DNA of 64,000 nt from NCBI RefSeq assembly GCF_006345805.1, contig NC_043001.1:18848001-18912000 (forward strand), given 5' to 3'. Below are positions 14,186 through 26,790 of this stretch, in pieces; the stretch's first letter is position 1, and each line of letters opens with the position of its first letter. Both the position numbers and the translations under genes were made by a program. The notes below the pieces were generated by a model. The model searched no databases, was not told the DNA's origin, and saw only the letters and a list, made by a program, of their open reading frames with translations. Origin of the DNA: Octopus sinensis. Its lineage: Eukaryota.

Positions 14186-14228
14186 GCAGCCGATGTTTCG
14201 ATATCATTGTGTCTCGTCAGCCAGTGGC
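14186..14228 (-). ncRNA. Degenerate type I hammerhead ribozyme motif
   Basis: Minus strand reads CTGACGA-GACAC-aat-GATATC-GAAAC-ATC. The core is intact, stem II has a mismatch, and stem I does not pair in register. Confidence 0.35.
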
Positions 14229-14609
14229 AGCCCAGCCTAATGAATCTAACAAAAGCTTGAATCTTTTGTTTATAACTTTAGCAAATAAACTGTTAGCTGA
14301 TGCTTGCTGATATCTTCCAACCGATAGTAAATTGTCAACTGTCATATATACGTTGAACAAAGTACATTTATATAACATAGTGATAACTCTGTTTATATTA
14401 CATTCCCACGTACACACATATATAAATACAAATATACATGTATACACACGTACACATAGATACACACAAATATATATCTGTCTGTCTGTCTTTCTGTCTG
14501 TCTGTATGAATGCATGCAGGCATACTATATGAGTGTCCTCCAGAATACTTAAAACATCTTAGTAAGTGAATATCGTTTATCTTTATTGATATATAAGGTA
14601 GGTACGCGG

Positions 14610-14760
14610 TTTCAAATATCGGGGGTTGAATACAATCAATAAAGATCGACCATATTTCTTGAGTGGCACTTTATTTTATCGACCCCAGGAAGATGAAAAG
14701 CAACGTTGACCTTCATGCCATTAGAAAGCAGAACGCAAAGAACCGTAACTGTATTCTGCA
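14610..14760 (-). mobile_element. Old, diverged SINE family C-like fragment
   Basis: ttttatcgaccccaggaagatgaaaagcaacgttgacc resembles ttatcgaccccgaaaggatgaaaggcaaagtcgacc. Confidence 0.5.
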
Positions 14761-15094
14761 ATGCATTTTGTCCGATGCTTGTCACAATCAATACATAACT
14801 GTTATAAGCTTAACAATAGTCAGATTTATCGGATAAGGGAGAAGTAGGGGGTTGTTGAAATTGTGTAATATGGTAGGCTTTGGCATGGTAATTCAAGTGA
14901 TATTACTGGAACAGAAATCGAAACTAAGTAACAGAATAAAGGGGTTTAATTTCTGTTGTTTCATTCGCATGGTATGACTAATGATCGATTTTTTGCATAG
15001 TCACAAGACCCTCGTTCTTATCGAGCCAACGAACGGAATGTGAATATGCTGGTTTTACAGGCAAAATATAGTTAGTGGACCAATATCCCGTCTC

Positions 15095-15663
15095 TCTCTC
15101 TCTCTCCTCTCTCTCCATCTCTCTTTCCTCTCCCTTCTCCCTTCTCACTCTCCTCTCCCCTCTCTCTCCCCTCTCTCTCCCCTCTCTCTCCCCTCTCCCC
15201 CCTCTCCCTTCTCACTCTCCCTTCTCACTCCCCGTTCCCCTCTCTCTCCCCTTTCCCCTCTCTTTTCTCTCTCCATCTCTCTCCACTCTCCCCTCTCACT
15301 CTCCTCTTCCCTCTCTCCCCCTCTCCCTACTCACTCTCCTCTCCCCTCTCCCTTCTCACTCCTCTTTTCCCCTCTCTCTCCCCTTTCCCCTCTCTTTTCC
15401 CTCTCCATCTCTCTCCACTCTCCCCTCTCACTCTCCTCTCCCCTCTCTCTCCCCTCTCTCTCCCCTCTCCCCCCTCTCCCTTCTCACTCTCCTTCTCACT
15501 CCCCGTTCCCCTCTCTCTCCCCTCTCCCCCCTCTCCCTTCTCACTCTCCTCTCCCCTCTCTCTCCCCTCTCCCTTCTCACTCTCCTCTCCCCTCTCTCTC
15601 CCCTCTCTCCCCCCTCTCCCCTCTCCCTTCTCACTCTCCTCTCCCCTCTCTCTCCCCTTTCCC

Positions 15664-15695
<32 letters not shown>

Positions 15696-15903
15696 GCTCT
15701 CCCCCTCTCTCTCCCCTTTCCCCTCTCTCTCCCTCTCTCTCCCCTCTCCCCCCTCTCACTCTCCTCTCCCCTCTCTCTCCCCTCTCTCCCCTCTCTCCTC
15801 CTCTCTCCCCCCTCTCCCTTCTCACTCCCCTTTCCCCCCTCTCTCCCCTCTCCCCTCTCCCCTTTCCCCTCTCTCTCTCTCTCTCTCGCTCTCCCCCTCT
15901 CTC
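15095..15903. repeat. About 810-bp polypyrimidine (CT-rich) tract with internal sub-repeats
   Basis: Almost only C/T, with recurring ttctcactctcctctcccctctctctcccctctccc blocks. Confidence 0.95.
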
Positions 15904-16539
15904 AGATTATATCCTATTTTCATAAGAAAGAAGAAACCCCCAGCGAAATTGCAAAGTCGTTAGAGCGTCGGATAGAATGCTTTACGATATTCATTTCATT
16001 TCATTTCATTTCCCTGCTTTCCGAGTTCAATTACTGTCGAGGTCAATGTTGCCTTTAGTCTTTTAGAGGATCGATAAATAAATTACTAGTCAAATACTGG
16101 CGTCTATTCTGTGTCTATTCCTATCAGCTTTTAACCTCCAGTAACAAAGTTTCTTGTGAAATCAGTCAAAGAAAAGCAATGAATAATTATTTTTGTATTC
16201 TTGCACGAAAATTCATGACAGGCACATAATCCTTGTGAAATCAGTCGCCAGGGATCGTTCTCCGAACTGATAATGCCGAAAAGGAAGAAAGTCATCCGGA
16301 AGGTAATATGCCAGACACCCTATGCCTCAAAAGAAGACGAGGTAGTTGTACTGAAATGCTATTTATCATAAGAGAGATTAGGGATTAAATAACGACAACG
16401 ACTGCATGTTTTATATTTATGAGATAAAATATGCATGAAGATGTTTATTTTGCTTCCATCAGCGTTAATGGCTTTCAACAGTAATCCTTTTTGTTGAATA
16501 GACACAAATGATGTTTAACTCAGTGAAGTTGTAACAATA

Positions 16540-16913
16540 TCTATATATATAAAGCTGAAGTTGTCTGTGTATGGCAGGTTTGGTAGCCTTCAACTAACAC
16601 TATCTCCTCCGAGACTCTGTGGCGCAAGTTGACCAAAATTGAGAGTATGATAGAAGAAGGCTTGCTCTTCATTCAAATCGGACCATGTTAACACCAAAAA
16701 TTATTTACATCAAAAAGGTGCTTTTTTTCTATGAAAATACCTATTTCTTATGATTTTTTGACTGATGTGCCGCCATTTTTCGGTGTATTTCAACCAGAAA
16801 AATGTTCACTTAAAGAGAATAACAAGCTATATAATGCAAAAAATTTTACTTTTCAAAAATTTCAATTCTAAAGGGTCGAAACAAACCCGAGCAACGCCGG
16901 GCGATACTGCTAG
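16540..16913 (+). mobile_element. Non-autonomous Helitron
   Basis: 5' A|TC start, (TA)n then aaagctgaagttgtctgtgt; 3' hairpin cccg-agcaacgc-cggg followed by CTAG|T. Confidence 0.8.
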
Positions 16914-16924
16914 TATATTTAAAA

Positions 16925-17335
16925 GTTGGTGTGGTGAACTCGCACACACTCTTCCAGCAAGCGCCACCTCCACTCCCTCAGTTAACGTGTTTATCTCGTT
17001 GTGGCAGCATCTCTTTTGTGTTTTTCTAGTTTTTTTTAGTCTTGTGCGTTATTTTTATTATTTTATAATTATTAGTTGTGTTAGCCATGTGTCCCTAACA
17101 AGGTTAGTGCAAAGGACAGTGCTAAGAAGAAGAAAAAACTGATTACGATAGAATTGAAGAAGGAAATCTTTGATAAACCTGACAGAGGAGTGCGTGTAGT
17201 GGACATAGCACGTCAATACGATCGAAGCATGTCAACGATCTGCATCATACTGAAGAAAAAAGACGAGATCAAGGGCATTACAACAACAAACGGTGTCTCA
17301 AGGCTCTCCAAACACTGCACATCTGTCCACGCAGT
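16925..17335 (+). mobile_element. 5' fragment of a Tigger element (CENP-B-type N-terminal HTH)
   Basis: Translation KVSAKDSAKKK../IELKKEIFDKPDRGVRVVDIARQYDRSMSTICIILKKKDEIKGITTTNGVSRLSK, typical of a TIGD1-like transposase N-terminus; frameshifted and truncated. Confidence 0.75.
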
Positions 17336-17803
17336 ACGAATTAAATTCGTACTACGAGTTATCACTCTAGTAAAGATGCACAGAATATAAATATCTAGTA
17401 TAACTTTCATTTTGGGTAAAAGATTATTTGCCAACATAACATGGCAGTCCTGGCTTAGGACGAATGTTGCTTTAATTTAGCCCCAGGAGACATCGTGTCC
17501 AGCTGGTTATACAACACGATCTGTGCTCTTATATTTTCGAACAAGTGCATTTAGCACCCACACCTAGCTCAAAACATTCTTTTTTACCTGTAAAGATCTT
17601 AAAATTTCCGGTCGTTTGTAACCATGTATAGCATCAGTTCATCTTTATTTGAAAATATCAGCATGGAATAACTAGAGGCAAATAAATTAGACTAAAGCAT
17701 ATTATAAACATATTATTTGGAATAAGGCGAAAAAAATCGACAGGATTTGAACTCAGTGGTCGAGTTCAAATATATATATATATATATATATACATACATA
17801 TAT

Positions 17804-17882
<79 letters not shown>

Positions 17883-17917
17883 CATACAGACACACATACA
17901 CACATGTATATATATAT

Positions 17918-18270
17918 TACTTGTTTTATTCATCGGAATGCAGCCATTCTGGGGCAGCGCCTTGAAGAGTTTTTAGTCGAAAGAATCGACCCCAGTACTT
18001 ATTCTTATAAAGCCTGACACTCATATAAAGCCAAACACACACACACACACATACACACGCACGCACACACACACATACACATACATGCACACATGCAACA
18101 CGCACGTATATACACGACGGGCTTCTTTCAGTTTCCGTCTACCAAATCCACTAGCATGGCTCTGGTTGGCCCGGGGCTAAACTAGAAGGTATTTACCCAA
18201 GATGCTACGAAGCGAGATTGAACCAGGAGCCATGTGGTTGCAAAGCAAGCTTCTTACCACACAACCACGC
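17918..18270 (-). mobile_element. SINE family B, diverged
   Basis: acgacgggcttctttcagtttccgtctaccaaatccact and ccatgtggttgcaaagcaagcttcttaccacac. Confidence 0.7.
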
Positions 18271-18773
18271 CACACACACACACACACACACACGCACATA
18301 CACACATGTGAATAAATATGTGTGTATATACTTATATATGTATGTGCGTATGAGTACATACATATATATATATACAAATGTACTTACACATACATAAATG
18401 TTTTGAACATTATAATCGTAGATATATGAAAATATCGGTTGATTACGTTGGGTATACCTTTTGATTATAGGCTTTCTTGATCAGATTTAATCCGGGCTTA
18501 AACAACAATGTCACCATCATGAACAACAAAAACAGATTTATCCGCCATTCGAGTTTGTTAAATATAACAGATCGGATCGATTGATTCGCCTTTGTCCTAT
18601 CAAAAGGATATTCTTGTTTAATTGAAGTATCGTATTGCTAGTCACTATATTCAATATACTTTAACATGGTTGCTCAATATGCTGGAAGTAACAACCGAAT
18701 CATCCGTCCTAAAACCCTTTTATAAAAGGACACTTCGGATGCAATAGGGCTGTCTAAATACGCTACGAGATGG

Positions 18774-20182
18774 CCACGATTAGAAAATCTTTGATTATAT
18801 GCCTGCTCAAGGACACTCAATACCCGAGTCCTAGATGTACTATTTGACTGGGTAACCACGATTAGAAAACCTTTGATTATATGCTTGCTCAAAGACACTC
18901 GATACCCGAGTTCTTGGTATACTATTTGACTGGGAAACCACGATTAGAAAATCTTTGATTATATGCCTGCTCAAGGACACTCAATACCCGAGTCCTAGAT
19001 GTACTATTTGACTGGGTAACCACGATTAGAAAACCTTTGATTATATGGTTGCTCAAGGACACTCGATACCCGAGTCCTTGGTATACTATTTGACTGGGTA
19101 ACCACGATTAGAAAGCCTTTTATTATATGGTTGCTCAAGGACACTCGATACCCGAGTCCTTGGTATACTATTTGACTGAGTAACCGCGATTAGAAAGCCT
19201 TTGATTATATGGTTGCTCAAGGACACTCGATACCCGAGTTCTTGGTATACTATTTGACTGGGTAACCACGATTAGAAAGCCTTTGATTATATGGTTGCTC
19301 AAAGACACTCGATACCCGAGTTCTTGGTATATTATTTGACTGAGTAACCGCGATTAGAAAGCCTTTGATTATATGGTTGCTCAAAGGCACTCGATACCCG
19401 AGTCCTAGGTATACTATTTGACTGGGTAACCACGATTAGAAAGCCTTTGATTATATGGTTGCTCAAGGACACTCGATACCCGAGTCCTTGGTATACTATT
19501 TGACTGGGTAACCACGATTAGAAAGCCTTTGATTATATGGTTGCTCAAAGACACTCGATACCCGAGTCCTTGGTATACTATTTGACTGGGAAACCACGAT
19601 TAGAAAGCCTTTGATTATATGGTTGCTCAAGGACACTCGATACCCGAGTTCTTGGTATACTATTTGACTGGGTAACCACGATTAGAAAACCTTTGATTAT
19701 ATGCCTGCTCAAGGACACTCGATACCCGAGTCCTTGGTATACTATTTGACTGGGTAACCACGATTAGAAGCCTTTGATTATATGGTTGCTCAAGGACACT
19801 CGATACCCGAGTTCTTGGTATACTATTTGACTGGGTAACCACGATTAGAAAACCTTTGATTATATGCCTGCTCAAGGACACTCGATACCCGAGTCCTTGG
19901 TATACTATTTGACTGGGTAACCACGATTAGAAAACCTTTAATTATATGGTTGCTCAAAGACACTCGATACCCGAGTCCTTGGTATACTATTTGACTGGGA
20001 AACCACGATTAGAAAGCCTTTGATTATATGGTTGCTCAAGGACACTCGATACCCGAGTTCTTGGTATACTATTTGACTGGGTAACCACGATTAGAAAACC
20101 TTTGATTATATGCCTGCTCAAGAACACTCGATACCCGAATCCCAGGCATATTATTTGACTGGGAAACCTTTGATTATATGCT
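18774..20182. repeat. Minisatellite, 17 units of 82 bp plus a partial unit
   Basis: Unit ccacgattagaaaRcctttgattatatgSYtgctcaaggacactcgatacccgagtYcttggtatactatttgactgggtaa starts at 18774, 18856 ... 19921, 20003, 20085. One unit is 81 bp. No spacers. Confidence 0.97.
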
Positions 20183-21477
20183 TGTCGAGTGTAAGTTAAT
20201 AGAAGGCTAATCAAGGAAAGCGACAAAGAAACACCAATGAGTGACAAGTCTGAACTGAAGTTTTGTGCTTCTTGTGTTGGATATCCAATAATATATTCAA
20301 CAATATGACTCGGGAAAGACCCAGCGGAGTCTTCTGCATAGAGAGACTCTGTCTATCTGTCACTTTTCTCTCCCGTTTTTCTTTCGTTCTTTCTTTCTTT
20401 CTCTCTCTATTTCCCTCTTTCTCAGACACACGCGTGTATGTATGTAATAGCGTTGAAAATCTTCAATCAACTGAGGCTATCCAAGCAATTAGTCGCCAAA
20501 AACTCACAAAGTGAACAACATTTGGATGAGCAGGATGGCGGTTTATACTACAAAATCAAAAACAAACAAACAAACAAAAAGATAGAAAAAGAAAAAAAGA
20601 GAAAGGGAGTAAAACAAGTCTTTGACACTTACAAAACGAATCACGTTTCCTTCTGAAAAGAATTAGACAAATTGTCAAATTTGGCATATACTGTGCCGTT
20701 TAAAAGGAAACGTGACTAGTTTTATAAAATGTACATGTGTGTGTGTGTGTGTGCATGTGTATGTGTGTGTGTGTGTGTGCATGTGTCAATACAAACATGC
20801 CTATACGTTCGAGTGCATGTTTGTACATAGTATATCTTGTATGTACAGTTTAATATACGACAGCTGCAGTTGAATTTAGAGCTCCATGTAGAGTATCATC
20901 CAGTCTGCTTCCAGTATATTGAAGCAAATGTAGGAGAAATTATGATAAAACATGTTTATACAATATGTTCCCTACATACGTTTCCCCATCGTGGATATTT
21001 GCAACTTCTACATTAGATGATCCAAGTACAAGAGTATGCTGAATCCCAACGTATCATCGTCAGGTGAGCACTTTACTGCACTTGAGCTCTGCAACACAAT
21101 GCAAGAAAGTGTTCCTCTAATGATCGATTGTGGTTCAACATCTAATTGTAATTGGAACATCCACGGCAGATGTTGCTTTTTGTCCATGTTGTATTCAACG
21201 TTTTGGACAAAAATGGGAATTATTTAAAAACGAAAAGAGTAACAGGATTAGATAGAGCGAAGAACGGGCTTTAAAATGATATATAAAGACAAAGTAATTT
21301 AACGAAAATTTATTTGAAAATACATCATTTAAAACCAAAATTAAGAATTCCGCAAAAACTTTCTTGACTACCTAATATATATATATATATCAATTAATCA
21401 ATATAAGAGTAGCAAAAAATTCAAGAAAAATTTATCGCCACCAGCGTTCTAGTGAGAAAGAAAAAATAGTCACAGAC

Positions 21478-21802
21478 TATATATATATAATTTCAACAAT
21501 ATTAAGGAATGGCCCCGATAGGCAATTCGACTCACCAGAAAGAGCAGCCAAACTCAAACCGCTAAATAGTTGTAATTCTGAAACCAAAGGAGAAATAAAA
21601 ACATTTACCCTTATCATCTTTGGACTATGCATAGTTTCGACACTTTGGTAAACCAATTTAATTAAATTAAATTACATCTGTTTACATCTGGCCTGTCTCG
21701 TCAGCAAAGAAGCCAAGGAAAATATATAAAGCGGTTTGAGTTTGGCTGCTCTTTCTGGTGAGTCGAATGGTCATTCCTTAATATTGAAATGATATATATA
21801 TA
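21478..21802. mobile_element. Fold-back fragment, probably a Penelope-like terminal repeat, between (TA)n tracts
   Basis: 21478-21563 is the inverse of 21730-21802 (attcgactcaccagaaagagcagccaaactcaaaccgct / agcggtttgagtttggctgctctttctggtgagtcgaat) and encloses a hammerhead. PLE identity is inferred. Confidence 0.65.
21617..21710 (-). ncRNA. Type I hammerhead ribozyme with intact core
   Basis: Minus strand: TCTTTG-CTGACGA-GACA-[51-nt loop]-TGTC-GAAAC-TATGCATAG-TC|CAAAGA. Stem I is 6 bp, stem III is the palindrome ACTATGCATAGT, and the cleavage triplet is GUC. Confidence 0.85.
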
Positions 21803-21925
21803 TGTTTGTGTGTCTGTGATTGTCCTCTCATCATCGCTTGACAACCGATGCTGGTGTGTTTACGTCCCCATAAATTAGCATTTCGACAGAAGAGACCGAT
21901 AGAATAAGTACTAGGCTTAAAATAA
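21803..21925 (+). mobile_element. SINE family B, 3' half fragment
   Basis: catcgcttgacaaccgatgctggtgtgtttacgtccc...gaccgatagaataagtactaggctt. Confidence 0.7.
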
Positions 21926-22127
21926 AAAATAAATGCTGACATCATAAGGAAAATTTCTCGCTGCATACAGATAGCTGTAAACACATCGAGTTTATAGATA
22001 TTAGTACAAATGCTGAGAGAATATTGAAAATGTGCGTCAAATTTTTATACACACATATTTTTTGTGTAATTAAAGCAAGTTTAACTTTTTTGTAAAATAG
22101 ATTTATTCAATGTATCAACTTGCATGT

Positions 22128-22372
22128 GGAGGCACGTGGCTTAGTGGCTAGGGTGTCAGCATCTTGATCATAAGATTGTGGTTTCGATTCCTGGACCGGT
22201 CGATGCGTTATGTGCTTGAGCAAAACACTTCATTTCACGTTTCTCCAGTCCACTCAGCTGGCAAAAATGAGTAACGCTGCGATGGACTGGCGTCCCGTCC
22301 AGCTGGTGAATACATACGCCATAGAAACCGGGAAACCGTGCCCATGAGCTTGGCTAGGCTTGAAAAGGGTGC
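22128..22372 (+). mobile_element. tRNA-derived SINE family D sharing tail ii with family A
   Basis: Head ggaggcacgtggcttagtggctaggg...ggtttcgattcc, body ttgagcaaaacactt...ctccagtccactcagctgg, then the same tail as 11522-11630. Confidence 0.8.
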
Positions 22373-22779
22373 ATTTATTATTCTTTTAATCAAAATACAT
22401 AAATAGGTTTTCAAATAATAATTGTTTTCATAAGGTAAGTTTGACATATATAACAAGTGAAAAGTATAGAAGAGCTTTTGTAGTAGAATTAAAATTCTCT
22501 ACGTAGCTGACCAGGATCCGGTTTACGCTGATATTCAGCTTTTCAAAGTTTTGGGCACTTTTCTTCCATATTTGATACTCTGTATGGATCAATGAATAAG
22601 TAGGCATAACGCTTATAACAGTTCCAAAATAAGGGACATAACTTTGGTTTGTGCTTTTGCGTCGCTTGTGACCTAAAACAACAGATTTCTGTTTTTCATT
22701 GAGCAGGGTTTTCTGTTCCTTGAGAATATCTCTGCAGTTTATTGATTATTGTAACTGCCATTTGTGTTGGTATCGTTTA

Positions 22780-22881
<102 letters not shown>

Positions 22882-22894
22882 CTCGATATATATA

Positions 22895-23160
22895 TATATA
22901 AAATAGTAAATAGTGAAAAAACTACAGAAGGATTGTTTCATAAGGTTAAAGAATATATTTGAGTCATTCTGTTGGAAGAATGTTATAAAATGTTTTCATA
23001 CAGTAACATAGTTTTTGAAGAAATACTAATCGACGCGCTAGTTTATGTTACTGTATGAAAAAATTTTATAACATTCTTCCAACATAATGACTCAAATATA
23101 TTCTTTAACCTTATAAAACAAGCCTTCTGTAGTTTTTTCACTTTTTACTATTTTCTATAT
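22895..23160. repeat. Inverted repeat, about 116-bp arms with a 34-bp spacer
   Basis: 22895-23010 is the near-perfect reverse complement of 23045-23160 (taaggttaaagaatatatttgagtcatt / aatgactcaaatatattctttaacctta). Confidence 0.9.
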
Positions 23161-23195
23161 ATCCAACCACGTGCTTTCACACACCAACTTTCTCA

Positions 23196-23285
<90 letters not shown>

Positions 23286-23581
23286 GTATACATATGTATG
23301 TATATACATATATACATATACTCACATGTATACACACATAATACTCGCATCCATATAGAAACATACATTTAAACGTGCCAACACACGCAACTATGGAGGG
23401 ATCTTCGTCAGATTCGACGATGAGGAGTCAGTTGCTTCATCCCCTTGCCTACTTATTCAATTATCATATAGTGGCTAGATATCCCAGACATCTGTTCTCA
23501 TGTAATTCTTAAACAGAGTCAGAGTGGAAAGAGCGTTTGAGCAAACTATATTTTTCAGTTGTGAGTACAATCCACCCGAGT

Positions 23582-23965
23582 GGAGGCGCAATGGCGCAGT
23601 GGTTAGGGCAGCGGACTCGCGGTCATAGGATCGCGGTTTCGATTCCCAGACCGGGCGTTGTGAGTGTTTATTGAACGAAAACATCTAAAAGCTCAACGAG
23701 GCTCCGGTGGGGGATGGTGGTGATCCCTGCTGTACTCTTTCACCACAACTTTCTCTCACTCTTACTTCCTGTTTCTGTTGTACCTGTATTTCAAAGGGCC
23801 GGCCTTGTCACTCTCTGTGTCACGCTGAATATCCCCGAGAACTACGTTAAGGGTGCACGTGTCTGTGGAGTGCTCAGCCACTTACACGTTAATTTCACGA
23901 GCAGACTGTTCCGTTGATTCGGATCAACCGGAACCCTCATCGTCGTTACCGACGGAGTGCTTCCC
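23582..23965 (+). mobile_element. SINE family A with tail type iii and 13-bp TSD
   Basis: TSD acaatccacccga at 23567-23579 and 23966-23978; tail cacgctgaatatccccgagaactacgttaagggtgcacgtgtctgtggagtgctcagcc. Confidence 0.9.
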
Positions 23966-24587
23966 ACAATCCACCCGACGGCTTTCTACGCAGTTTCCAT
24001 CAACTCAGTTTTCACTCACAAAGTACGGATCAATCCGATTCTATAGAAAATTACAGTTGCTTGTATTTGATAACTGTTTAACTCAGCTTCCGCGAACTTT
24101 TAAGTAATGTGGTATTAAATCAAACTGCTATTAAATATGTGTGTGTGTGTGTGTATTTGTGCGTGTGTGTGTTTGTGCGTGTATATTTTATACACACACA
24201 CATACACTCGCATATATTTATATCTGTGGGTATGTATATGTATATACCCCGCCCCAGACATGATCTATCTGTCAGAAAATTTGAATCAGGGTTAAGGAGT
24301 TAAGGAAGATAATTCCAATAATATCAACTAAATACAAATTTTTGGACAAGATGAATATATATTTAAGATTGGGTCTTGTCTTTGAAGCCAACTTGTGAAA
24401 ACAACGAACATGTTTCTGTCTTAGCTTTTAACAGCAGTACTACTTCATCGTATTTAGAAAGACTTAAAATAAGTGAACACATAGATATAGATAGATAGAT
24501 AGATAGCTAGATAGATAGATAGATAGATAGATAGCTAGATAGATAGATGGGATAGATAGATAGATAGATAGATAGACAGACAGAGAT

Positions 24588-24652
<65 letters not shown>

Positions 24653-25631
24653 CAGACTGACAGATAGCGATTGTAGTGGCATTGCTCATATATATATCAA
24701 CAATATGGTAGAAGTGAAAACATCTTGACGGAGCTTTCAGATCACAAATATATACGTACGTGGTCATACATACGTAATATACTTTTAAGTAAATACACTA
24801 AAGCAGATCTGAGCACCGAATCCTCATTCATAGAAATATCTCCAGCGTTCTCTGTAGTTATTAAATCATCTTAATGTCTGCCTTTTCATGCTTCTTTTCG
24901 TTTATTGCGCTTTTTTTCTCCTTCCTCCCTGTTTCTTATATCTCTTTTTTCTTGGCTTTCTCTCTCACTGTCTCTTCTCCACTCACTCTCTCTTTTCTTC
25001 TCTCCCTGTATCTTCTGTTTCTTCGTTTAGAACCCTGTCTCCCTATTTTCTTCATTCATTCCTTATTTATCTCATTCCTCTCTTCTTCCCTCTCTCATTC
25101 CCAACCCGTTTCTCAGCCAAAGCAACGAAGCTGGCTCTATAAGCCAGTCGACCTGTTAGAATTAGTAGCGAAATCTTTCTCAAATCACTTCGACCTCTTT
25201 CAATAATAAAAAAAAACAAGGGCAATATTCTTGAACAAAAGACGAGATGATTATAGCGTTAATCCTCGGATCATAAGTCCTTTATATCTTGGCCTGGACT
25301 TTGGCTAAGTAGCCTGAGGCAGTCTGAGCTGGCCTATGAATAACATATGCCATCATATCTTTGTTTCCACGTTTTCTTTTGAAATACTAACTGCACTTAT
25401 AGCCTTGTTTTTCCCTTTGCTTTTCATTCACATCTTACTCTCTCTCCCTCTGCCTTTCTCTTTCCGCTGATTCCGACCCAATCCCTTCCATACATTCGAG
25501 ATCAAACCCTTTCCATCTTTCCAGAGTCGATAGAATTGTTACAAACTTCTATTGTTCTTGTTTACGATGAAGACATTCCAGCCATGAGCCTCTCGTTTTT
25601 TTAGTATGTTTTGTACTGTATTGTCCAATTC

Positions 25632-25820
25632 TTTTATTCTTTTACTTGTTTCAGTCATTTGACTGGGGCCATGCTGGAGCACCGCCTTTAGTAGAGCAAA
25701 TCGACCCCAGGACTTATTAAATCGGTCCCTTTTGCCGAACCGCTATATACACTAGCATGGGTTGTCAAGCGATATTGGGGGGACAAACACAGACGCACAA
25801 ACATATACACACATGCATAT

Positions 25821-25878
<58 letters not shown>

Positions 25879-25914
25879 CATATATATACATATATATATA
25901 TATATATATTCATA

Positions 25915-25962
<48 letters not shown>

Positions 25963-26152
25963 ATATATATATATATATATACATATTTACGAGGGGCTTC
26001 TTTCAGTTTCCGTCTACCAGATCCACTCACAAGGTTTGGTAGGCACGAGGCTATAGTAGAAGACACCTGCCCAAGGTGCCACGCAGTGGGATTGAACCCC
26101 ATAACCACGTGGTTGGTAAGCAAGTTACTTACCACACAGCCACTCCTGCGCC
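25632..26152 (-). mobile_element. SINE family B, full length
   Basis: Ends cagccactcctgcgcc at 26152; internal TA/CA microsatellite. Confidence 0.9.
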
Positions 26153-26344
26153 TATGTACACTTTATTTTTTAGAAGGGTGTACTTTGATAGGTTGTGCTT
26201 TGATAGAAATTTGACCTGTTGCTTTAAGGATGTCGAATGATTACGCAGAGGTTTTGCATGTATGACCCAGCCAAGTAGTAAGGTTGTTTGAGTGTCACCT
26301 ATATTACGTCCTCTTAAATGTTTCACCCTGTGTCTTTCTACCTC

Positions 26345-26567
26345 TAACTCTTTACTCTTTTACTCTTTTTCTTGTTTCAGTCATTTGACTGCGGCCATGC
26401 TGGAGCACCGCCTTTAGTCGAGCAAGTCGACCCAGGGACTTATTCTTTGTAAGCCCAGTACTTATTCTATCGGTCTCTTTTTGCCGAACCGCTAAGTGAC
26501 GGGACGTAAACCACACCAGCATCGGTTGTCAAGCAATACTAGGGGGACAAACAGAGACACACAAACA

Positions 26568-26619
<52 letters not shown>

Positions 26620-26790
26620 CATATATACGACCGGCATCTTTCAGTTTCCGTCTACCAAATCCACTCACAAGGCATTGGTCGGCCCGGGGCTATAGCAGAT
26701 GACACTTGCCCAAGATGCGACGCAGTGGGACTGAACCCGGAACCATGTGGTTGGTTAGCAAGCTACTTACCACACAGCCACTGCTGCGCC
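26345..26790 (-). mobile_element. SINE family B, full length
   Basis: (tttactct) tail at 26345 and head end gccactgctgcgcc at 26790. Confidence 0.9.

Noticed and set aside
15075-16058. 327-aa Leu/Ser/Pro ORF
   Set aside because: Translation of the CT tract; no coding evidence.
18774-20182. CRISPR-like array
   Set aside because: Units are contiguous and near-identical with no unique spacers, there are no cas genes, and the context is eukaryotic.
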